64,000 bases of DNA from NCBI RefSeq assembly GCF_009914755.1, contig NC_060942.1; one strand, 5' to 3'. Shown here one piece after another: positions 54,106 to 64,000 of the stretch. Numbering within the stretch: position 1 is the stretch's first letter; every line of letters starts with the position of its first letter. The position numbers and the translations under genes are program-made. The DNA is from the human T2T-CHM13v2.0 reference genome, Homo sapiens. The notes under the pieces were generated by a model. That model was given only the letters and a program-made list of their open reading frames with translations, had not been told where the DNA came from and made no database searches.

Positions 54106-54200
54106 GCAGGGAGTATTCAAAATTTTATTGTAAATGGTCAGATAGTAAATATTTTTGCCTCACTTTGCAGGCTACATATACTCTCTGTCACATTTTCTTT
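54106..54200 (-). mobile_element. MER58-type fragment
   Basis: 'tgtaaatggtcagatagtaaatattttt...ctttgcaggctacata..ctctctgtcaca'. Confidence 0.55.
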
Positions 54201-54369
54201 ATATATAGAGAGACCTCAATGCATAAATAAAAAATTATATATATATTATATATATATCACCACTGTTTAATGTATTTAGAGCAGGAGTACATGTAAGAAT
54301 ATTAAAACTTGAAAAAATACTGTATCCTTATATTCATGGATCCTGTGGACATATATTATAATTAGAACA

Positions 54370-54520
54370 AAAGTGTCTCTCCAAACTGCTTCTGGTCCAG
54401 CAATCATATTTTACCAATGAGGAAATTAAGGTCCATAAAGGCCCAGAGCTGGTGACCAATTGGAAGGGGTACAGAGTTTTTAACTTTCCTCTAGTCAATG
54501 ATGATGTCTTTGGATAGCAC
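54370..54520 (-). mobile_element. MIR/MIR3 fragment
   Basis: 'tctggtccagcaatcatattttaccaatgaggaaattaaggtcc'. Confidence 0.5.
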
Positions 54521-56184
54521 AGCATCCCTCTGTTTAGAGTAGAATTCATAGGTCATGTTGGGGCTAATAAGACTTTATTAATGTAAGTCATATTGTCGTT
54601 AGGCAGGACATGACTTGTTTGCTAGCTCCTTGGAACAGAGGAGAGACTAGCTCATCAGAGCTACAGTAACATTCCTTTTTATTAAACCTATCTTTCAAAA
54701 AAGCCATAAAATGAGCAAGTTTATCAACAGCCTGTTCTGAAATGGACCACTTTAAAAGGCGACAGGAACAAGTCTGGCAGCTGAGTTATCCTGGGATGTT
54801 TCATTGGGAGGAAAGAGCCCCATCAGCACCTTCTTTTAAATAAAAGCCAGAGACATTGTTGGGGAAAGTGCTGGCTTCCCATATGCTCCTGGTCTTCTTA
54901 TATAAAATCCTCCTGGGAACACTCTCCCAAGCTCCTAGCCTCAAAGCAGACTTTGTAGAAACTTTCAGTTAGAGTAAAATTCAGTATTATAGAATTTCTA
55001 TTTATTTCCAATAGATATGGAAAAGGTTAGTAGATATTATTGACCTGAAGTGTAATAATGTCCCTCAAGGCTAACCTTTAAATCTTTATGTGTTCAGTAA
55101 TTCAAGCTATGTAGAGCATCTTTCTCTGTCTTAAGGAATATTATAACATTCCATATAGCTATAATAAAAAGAGTAGTGGAAAAGGGCAAAGGGAAATTAC
55201 CTCTTTCTCCGTAACAGCTCTATAGGGCATTCACATACTCAGTTTACTCAAATGAGGTCCTTTTAGCAGTCTGCAGAGAGTCTCCTAAAAGAAATATTGC
55301 AGAGTGGTATTAGCCTGAAATATTGAATTCTTTTATTAATCAAAAGAATCAAATTACCTTTTTCATTAATAAAATAGAAATTAACATCTTAGCTTGACTG
55401 AGATAAAAACTTCTGTTCCTGCCAATAGTGTTTATTATAAACATAAGAGATAATTTCATGACAGCCTATTAGTGCGTTGTTTTCACCAGTTTTTTATAGT
55501 GCCAATAATTATATTCTTTGAGTCACTTATATAATAAATTATACTTATTAGATGATGCTAACTTGCTAATTCTGAGTTCTTTTGTTGACTGGGATGCATA
55601 AAATTTTGACCTAGTGTATTAAGTTTTAAGTCATTATTGCTTCAATAATTTCTAACTTGTACATAATTCTAAGCTGGGAAAAATGCTTATTGTTTCACAG
55701 AAGCTTTTACATATGCAAAGAAACATTCCTGGAAGCAAAATATATCATGAAACTTCCCTAATAATACTAAGGATAACAAAACTGCATTATTAATGCCAAG
55801 GATTATATTTACTCACATATACAGATTATTAAGCATTTGACTTAGGTCAGTTGGAAATATTCTAAACATTCATATAGGTAGTGAATAACTAAGATAAGAC
55901 CACTTCTATATACTCTGTAGTAATTATAGTTCCTGAAACCAGTGTCTTCATAGGTAACATCATAATTGAGCTGGTGTCATGGTTCACTTAATGCAACATT
56001 TAGTGACACAATGGCTGCATAACATAGACACATGTATAGATGCAACAAAAGTTACAAAAAATAATAGGACTTAGAAAATTAATGAAGAAGAATCTTTCAT
56101 ACTATCAAGAAGTATATATTTTTAGAATTATTAGACACAAGTCAAATTCATGGAGTAACATTAAAAGTCTTCTAATAAAATTTT

Positions 56185-58350
56185 AAAAAGACAAGGGTGC
56201 CCTCTCATATTGCTTTTATTCTTCATTGTTCTGGAAGTTTTAGCCTGCAAAATAAGATAAAAAAAAAAAAGGAGTAAAGCTATATGAGTTAAAAAAAAGA
56301 AGGCAATGTTGCCTTTACATGCAAATGATGCATGATTATCTGTGAATGACACAAGATAATTAACAAAATAATTGGTAGATATATGGCAGTGCAACAAAAA
56401 CAACCAAAGCAATAAGAACCCTAGAATACCTAGGAATAAATTAAGCAATAGATGCGTAAACTCCTTATAAGAAAATTACAAAGCTCATTTCTAAGACATT
56501 AAGGAATATTTAAATAAAATATGAGACAAACAGTGTTCATGTATCAGAAGACAATATTGTAAAGAAATCAAATTTCAAAACTTCATTTATAAATGTAATA
56601 AGTATTTCAATCGACATTGTAACTATTTGTTTTCTAAATTTGACTAGCTTATTCTAAATTACCTATGTAAGAACGAAGTGACAGCTACTAAAACAATTGG
56701 ACTAGCCAAGTGCTGTGGTTTATACCTATAATCCCAACAAGTGGGAGTAAGACTTGAGCCCAGGAGTTTGAGACCAGCCTGGGCAACATAGGGAGATCCC
56801 ATCTCTATGAAAGAAAAAATTGAACCAAACCTCCTCACAAAAACAAAACAAAACAAAACAAAAATATAGGAGATTCACCCTAACAGATAATGACTCATTA
56901 AAAACTGAATCTAATTATGATAATGTGGTATTGATAAAGAGACACACGTGGCCTTACCAAACATATTGGAGAGATCAGAAAATGATAAATAACACTTTCA
57001 CATGTATAAAAATTTGAAATGCAAGAGGGTCACTTAAATATTGATGGGAAAATGGATACTTAATAATCAACCAGATGGGTCAGTATCCTTCATGAAAACA
57101 AATTCCATGTGGATAATGATCTTCATGTGAAAAGTTAAATGTTAAAATCTTTAGAAGATTATTTAGGATAATTTGTTAATAAGTTCCAAATATAAAATAT
57201 ATTAAAGAAACTACAAAAGTAGAAAGGAATAGTTTGATTTAAATGTTAATTTAAATAATATTAAATTTTCTATTCAACAAAAATATTATAAACAGAACTG
57301 ATAGGAAATCAAATCCAATGAAAAGAAGATATGTTTCACATATATTACAAGGGAAATTATGTTTAAATTATGTAATCAATACTTATAAACTTATGCAATC
57401 AATAAGAAAAACATAAAAAACAAATTCTAATACCACTAAAGAGTATGGCAAAGTAGTCATAAAAAAATTTTAGAAGAAAACTGAAATGAAGAATAATATA
57501 CTTTATGTATAATCTACACTCATCCCTGCTAGTAATGAAAATGCAAGTTAAAACAATAGATATCATTTCATATTAGGTAAATAGTCCCAACTCTAGCAAA
57601 TTTTATTGAGGAATGCTCATGTGCTACTTTTGTAAATTCTTGCATCTAACCTGGGGCAAATTGACAGTGCCTAATAGATTTCAAGTTGTAAATATTTGTC
57701 TCCGAAATTCTGATTTAAGGTATATATCTTCTCTACCACATGTGTGAAAAGTGAAATGTAAACAAATGTTTATTGTAGCATTTTTATAACAAACTTTAGA
57801 TGTGACGTAATTTTTTATCAACAGAAGAAAATATAAATTGTCATATATTCACAGTGACATACTATATAGCCAGTTAGATAAATGAACCCGAGGAGCATTA
57901 TCAGCATGTATTGATCTCAAAAACACAATGCTGAGAGAAAACAGGAAAGTATGAAATGACATGTCCAAAATATTTACACCAAAAATATTAAAACTTTATA
58001 TTTTCATAGGTAGCCAAAAGTTTTGGGTACTGCTTAGGACCTAAAACATCATTCCATAAGCACTCAGTAAATGTTTTTTGCATGATCTTTTAAACAATAG
58101 GACGGAAATAAAAGCAAGGTAATTGGTCTCATAAAATTTTAGGAGAATGGTTACCATGTGCAGGAAGGAAATAGCATGAGATTAGGGAGAGTTATCCAGG
58201 AACTTAAATTATACGAGTAAATTTTTTGACAGAAAAATCTAAAGCAAATATGACAAAACTCTAAAATTTGATGAAGCTCATGGGCCCATTCAAAGGTATT
58301 TTTTATTCTCTATAACTTTTTTTGAATATTAGAAATCTTAAAAAAATAAA
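56185..58350 (+). mobile_element. Old L1M (L1MC/ME) ORF2 and 3'UTR, interrupted by an Alu monomer
   Basis: 'agacaagggtgccctctc...cattgttctggaagttttagcc', 'tgcaaatgatgcatgatt', 'tacctaggaataaatt', 'gatctcaaaaacacaatgctgag'. Confidence 0.8.
56703..56820 (+). mobile_element. FLAM_C / AluJ left monomer, internally deleted
   Basis: 'cttgagcccaggagtttgagaccagcctgggcaacataggga'. Confidence 0.8.
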
Positions 58351-59734
58351 AAACATAAATGACTAGGACAAGAGATTGAAAATGTAGATTATCAAAATAT
58401 TTTAGCTATACACTCCTCATCTTTTATTCCTCTTCCCTCTCGTTGTGAATTCAGTGGCCTCCTTCATTATATATTATACTCCTGTTATATTAGAGATCAT
58501 AGGGAATTTGAATTTGGGGACATTTTAGGATTTTACAAAATATCTACTCCTAATTTTATAGCAAATTTGAGGATATAGAGAAGATAATTAAATAGTATTT
58601 TGACAGATTTTTCTGTACTCAAAGCTTTCTCCTGAATATAAGTAAAAAACAAGATGTTATTTATTACTTTGAATCTATGATGTTTCAAATTAGCTACTTG
58701 GTAATCAATTAAAGGAAGAGAGACTAAGTGTGACTAAGTGTAATTGATTAAATTACTAAAATGATATTGCACCTACAAAGGTTGTCATATTTAGGGAGAC
58801 TCTGTTTGGGCTATATCAACTGTGTGTTAAATTATACTTTGCAAAGGGTCTTGCCAGGGCTTGAACGCTTATATTTCACCATAAGGGCTAGACAAGAAAT
58901 ACATGTATGGTTAAAAAAAAAAAAAGATAATTCCATAGGAAAACAAGGTTTCAGCATACACAGGAAGTTCAGCCCACGAATATCTTAAATAGAAAATTGT
59001 CTTTTAGTCAAAGCAACATATACATTGCAAGATTTCAGTAAGATAAAGGGTGAATATATTTATGAAATTTATGGGACAAAACACATATGAAGAATGAGAG
59101 ATATAAATACCTACAATCAAAATTTGCATTATGGACTTTAACCATGTTCTTTATTTGGCAAACAATTTTAAAGAGCAAGTAGCTGGAGCCTTACAAAATA
59201 ACAAGAAATACATTGGTTCTTACATTAGGTGATGGACTTATAGTATTCTCTTGGTTGCTCTTAAGGTCCCATGAGCCCCTTTAGGTAAGAGAGTTTATCT
59301 TAAAATACTGAAGCTTTGATCATTGAATGAATATAATCTAACCCCTTCTCGCTTGCATGTCAGATGCAAACACATAAGGTGTTTTCCTTGTCCACCAACA
59401 GCTATAGCAATAAATTGGGAAAACTAATACAAACTTAGTGGTAACTTTTCAGCTGAAAAGAATAAGTGTAACCAAAAATGTGTACTCTCAGTTCTTCGGA
59501 GATTTTTCCATAGGTTTTTCTTTGTAGTATGACTGATGATGTTTCTAAAGGTCATTTTGCACAAATATAAGGAAAGCCTTTTTAGAAAACAATGCAGGTC
59601 AACCCAAGTTACATATCCCTCCCAACATGGTTAGAAAAAGCTCTTCATCCCTTCTGGAAAAAGATCATACCTACACTGTATGCCACATTGTCTTTTTCCC
59701 CTACCTTATTAACTTGTTCATTTAATCCTATTAC

Positions 59735-59945
59735 TATTTCTTTCATTTATTCTCGATAAAATAAAACATCGAGTTTCTCTATTCTGTGCCTAGCGTCTGC
59801 CAGCTATTTGAAATTAGTTACCTATTGAGTTCACCAATCGTTTATTCAACACATACATTTTGTGTGTCCACCATGTGCTGGGCACTAGAGATAAAATGAT
59901 CCATATTTTACATTTCATGAAACTTGTCCTGTAGAAGGTCAATAT
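59735..59945 (-). mobile_element. L2 3'-end fragments
   Basis: 'tttattcaacacatacattt...ccaccatgtgctgggcactagagata'. Confidence 0.5.
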
Positions 59946-60559
59946 TGATTAAATCGTACTCTCCTTTAGCACCGTATCGTCTCTAATAGCTTTGCACTTC
60001 GAAGTAATGAGATCATCCTATAGCATTACCTTAATTTTCCTGAAGTTGTGGAGACAGAATGCACAGAAATCATTGAAGAATTGTATTGTAGGTATCTTGG
60101 GAAAATATTATTTCTAATTTTTCAACCTTTCTAGACATCAAGTTTTCATATATATTTGTTCCATATGAGACTTCCAAAAAAATTAAGGAGTGCCAGCTCC
60201 AAGGGAAATGAAGGAGTCCTGTGGGTGATCATGTTGATAGAAGAACTAACAGTAAGTCTCTGAGTTAAGTTAATTTGCTCCTCTCTCAATTGACCAACTT
60301 CTCCCTTTGTTCCCAAAGCATTTTCAGTTATATGAATTTGATTTCTGCAAAACTTGTGGGTTTATTTATTTTCTTTGAAATCAACAGAAAATATGTGAAA
60401 AAAATCCTGTATTTTCAGCTGGGAAACCTAGAAGGTCATTCTTTTAAATCTGTGTGTGCCTCAAGAGTTATGTTGTAAACAAGAAAATCTGATTTTGGAT
60501 TACTAACCAAAAGAGAAATTAATTGCTTGCCGGAGTAGAGCAGATAACAGAGTAAATAA

Positions 60560-61251
60560 TTAAATAACATTTTGAGAATGTGAGAAACTATACCAAAAAT
60601 TAGTGGCTTAAAAAATCCACCATTTTATTTGCTCATTAGTCTGTGGGTCAGTGATTTGGGATGGGCTCAAATTATTTAATTTCTTGCTAGGCATATACCC
60701 CAAAATCATACCAAAGTTTTATCAGACATAATTATTTAATTATCTATCAGATGACAACTTAATTAGATTAGGTTGATTAGGTTATTTTTCCATTTAGTTG
60801 AAAGTGAAAATAAGAAACAATCAACAACTTAGAAACAGATGCATTAAATGTTGGTTAGAATTGCTGATCTCTTTTTTTTTTTATTTTAAACTTGAGCTGT
60901 TGAGGTCGCTTAAGTGGCTACTGGTAAGTGGGTCTGTTGGGTGAGAGATGGTCTCAATCACATGTCTTATGTTGGTGGTGACTGTCTGCTGGGTCTCTCT
61001 CTTCATGTCGTTTCTCATCCTCTAGGAGAATAGCCTGGGTATCTTCACATGGCAGTGGCATTCCAAAACAGTGGACGGGAAGCTGCAAAGTTCCATGATG
61101 ACTAGCCTTGGAAGTTGTAGATCATCATTTCAGTCACATTCTGTTGGTCAAAACAAGTTACAACTTCAACCTACATTCAATGGGTGGGGAAATAACCACT
61201 TCTCATAGGAAAGGATTGCAAATAATTTATAGTCATTTTTAGTCAATCACA
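60560..61251 (-). mobile_element. MLT1H/I/J-type LTR with a ~200-bp internal insertion
   Basis: 'tagtggcttaaaaaatccaccattttatttgctca...ctgtgggtcag' and 'cacattctgttggtcaaaacaagttaca'. Confidence 0.7.
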
Positions 61252-61259
61252 CTTAAGTA

Positions 61260-61525
61260 TCAAGAACAATAGAGAGTTTTCTTTGGAAAGCTGTAGAGAA
61301 GATTTAGCCCTAGCCATTACCAATTATAGGGAGAGGTTGCTTATCCTGGTTTGGGACACATACCTATAGTTGGCTGAGGAGGACAGTTTTCCTTGATTAG
61401 CAGTGCTTACAAGATTATAGCCAGTGTAGGAGAGCTAATACCTCCAAACAAGGATAGGATGTCATTACCAAAAGGAGGAGGAGTGAATGCAGGGCAGACA
61501 AAAACAGTGGAGGCCATTTTACTCA
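61260..61525 (-). mobile_element. MLT1J/K-type LTR fragment
   Basis: 'gtcattaccaaaaggaggaggagtgaatgcagggcagacaaaaac'. Confidence 0.5.
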
Positions 61526-61764
61526 GGCGCCTTGGGAAAATCACTTACCTTTTTTGGGGTCTGTGTTTGGTGGCTTCTTTTGTAAACTGACAATAATAAG
61601 AAAGCTCACAAAAGTTTCTTCTAGTGCTGTGATTTTGTTGCTCTGCTTGTCTTCTGTTTCCATCCTGCCTCTCCATTTTATATCACTAATTGCCAGAGAC
61701 TATGGATCATATGCTGCCCTTGAACTTCATGGCAAAATAGAATGTCTGCATTAAAGAATCAACA

Positions 61765-61870
61765 TCTTCCATTAAACTGTAAGTTCTGTGAATGCAGAAA
61801 ATGTGTCTTGTTCATCTCTGAACCCTCATCTACTGATGCATTAGGTGCTCACTAAATATTAATTTCACAT
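61765..61870 (+). mobile_element. L2 3' end
   Basis: 'attaaactgtaagttctgtgaatgcagaaaatgtgtcttgttcatctctg...taggtgctcactaaatatt'. Confidence 0.6.
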
Positions 61871-62538
61871 TGGAAGAATCAAGCAGTTATGAAATCTTCA
61901 GAAGTAGTTTATCCTTTATAGACCTCATTTTTGTTTGATATGGCAGGAGGTGATTGAATTCAGCAATATACCAACTGTACTCTTTCCTAAATTAATGTTA
62001 TCTTAGCTTTTTACCCGTTGCAGAATCATTCTTCTCAAAAGTACAAAGGTAAAGCCTTTCTTCGACCTACTCTGTATCTTAATCAGATGTGTTGCTTTGG
62101 GTACCAAATTCCTCTGTGATACCAAAAAGACAAATGGAAATATTAGTGAAAAAAGTTTTAGAAGTGAGTGACTCTGATGAACGGCTAATATGCATTTCTA
62201 AGTGAGATTGTTTCCAACTCTTCGCTTTCAACTAAACAAAAGAAGAGCTTAAAACAAGTTGCTATGCACAGATTATTAAATAATTATGGCTGATAGAGTA
62301 TTGGCATAATTTATGGCATAAAACTAGGAAAGAATTAAAATAGTGCGGTAAAAAGGCCCAAATACAAGTTTCTCAATTCCTAAATATTTATCTATGTTGA
62401 TTAATTTTTATTTAAGCTTCATATTTCTTATTAAAAGGAAGGAATTACATTATATTATGTCTGGAAAGAGAATGAGGGCAACTCCCATGTATTTCTGTTC
62501 TTAGTGATTTTTAGAAGGTATAGAAAATGATCTGATCT

Positions 62539-62648
62539 GGCTGCTCATGGTAGTGTGCCTTTAATCCCAGCAACCTGGGAGGCTGAGGCAGGAGGATCAC
62601 CTGAGGCCAGGACTTTGAGCCCACCTTGAGCAACACAGTGAGACTCCA

Positions 62649-62714
<66 letters not shown>

Positions 62715-62822
62715 AACACACACATATATACATATATATACACATACACACAGATACACATACACATATACGTATATGTGTGTGTGTATATATATATACT
62801 TTTTTAAGTAAAGAAAGAAAAG
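62539..62822 (+). mobile_element. FLAM (Alu monomer) whose tail has become a compound microsatellite
   Basis: Monomer at 62539-62652, then (CT)n(AT)n(AC)n and an A-rich remnant. TSD agaaaatgatct(g/a)atc at 62522 and 62823. Confidence 0.85.
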
Positions 62823-63060
62823 AGAAAATGATCTAATCAGCTTCAATGGCTAATGTGAAGAAACATTCATGGGAGGTAAATAACCTCATGGCATCACAGG
62901 ACAAGTGATGGAATGCCCCACTGAGTGGGTGATGAGGTGTTGTGTCTGACATTTGCAATGGGAGAGGATTTCCCCTTTGCGGGGATCCTTAATACAGCAC
63001 GATTTTTTATAGAGTTGAGTAGTATTTGGAGAAAAGCAAGACCATTATGTACCCAAAGAC

Positions 63061-63232
63061 CAGGACCAACTATATAATTCATGGGGCCCAGGCAAAATGA
63101 AAAGGTTGGAACTTTGGTTCAAAATTAAGAATTTCCAGATGGCAAAGCAGAACACTCTATGAAGTGCAGGGCGCTTCTAAGCATGAGGCCCTGTGCAATT
63201 GGAAAGACAGCATTTCCATGAAGCTGCCACTG
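63061..63232 (-). mobile_element. MER45A (hAT-Tip100)
   Basis: CAGGACCAACTA...GAAGCTGCCACTG. 8-bp TSD ccaaagac/ccagagac. Confidence 0.85.
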
Positions 63233-64000
63233 CCAGAGACCCTCACATCAGGAGAGCCCACCATGATGAAATTAAACTTGCCAAAAGTAGGATGAGACCA
63301 GGGACATCTCCCTACTGCCAGTTCCTGTGGTCAAGTAAGTACACCTCTGCTGCCTCTATCCTGACATCTAGCCACCAATCCTGCAGAGATTACTGCCCTG
63401 AAGAGAAAAGGGTGGGGGATGGGGGAATTCTTTCAGGGCCATGCCATGCCTGTTCCTTCCTCTTTACCAGCTTGTGGAGCTTAGTGCATTATTAGCCTGC
63501 ACAGTGAGAAGAAGAAAATGAGCTTGACCATTGTTTGAGGTAGATATTTTTATCAACTGAAAAAAAAAACGGAGTCTTAAATATTACACTGGGCCCATGT
63601 AATGATACTAACTGAAAAATATATGGCATCTTGCAAAAATGTAATTAACAGACCCACTAATTAATGGGAAAGGGGAAACTGATAAAGGAAAGTCCAGCTG
63701 AACTACAGGAAGCAATAATACAATTTGATGCATATGCATAAAAGAGCTGAGCCTCCTCAATAAAGTAATCACCTAAGTACGCTTATAGCTATTTTGGAGG
63801 TAAAGTAAGAAAACCCAAAAGATAATAGGCAGATAGAGGCAGGAGAGATGATGAGGTGTGGGGGTATTAGAGGCATCACAAGAAAGAGCATTTAGATTGG
63901 GTGATGTGATCAGTTATAGGCAGATATTTTATTTACAGTTAATTACAAAATGGTAAATCAGCCAAGGAGATTTTAGTTTTAAAATTAATATCTAAAGTCA

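Overview
AT-rich, CpG-poor primate genomic DNA, almost certainly human: it carries an AluYb8, a human-specific subfamily. It looks intergenic or deep-intronic. I find no supportable protein-coding exon, RNA gene or CpG island. The ORFs in the track are chance ORFs, simple-repeat translations, or decayed L1/Tigger/Alu remnants. Much of the window is recognisable interspersed repeat: L1 (L1PA to L1ME), L2, L3, MIR, Alu/FLAM, MaLR LTRs (THE1B/C, MSTB, MLT1), ERVL (MLT2), a MER50-like ERV1 LTR, and DNA transposons (Tigger1, Tigger3a, MER82, MER30, MER33, MER45A, MER58, Ricksha). I see no evidence for a novel multi-gene biological system. The most notable structures are: (i) a four-level nest, L1 > Tigger1 > Ricksha carrying a captured HERV-L/MLT2B piece > THE1B; (ii) a MER82 whose two halves lie on opposite strands, implying a ~0.5 kb micro-inversion; (iii) a 90-bp triplication over the TATA region of a MER50-like LTR with a mosaic middle copy; (iv) a near-pristine AluYb8 with a 17-bp TSD; (v) spacerless and short-loop inverted repeats; (vi) a candidate TATA promoter and first exon near 29.8 kb. 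Repeat names come from remembered consensus sequences, not a RepeatMasker run, so subfamily labels and the boundaries of old elements are approximate.
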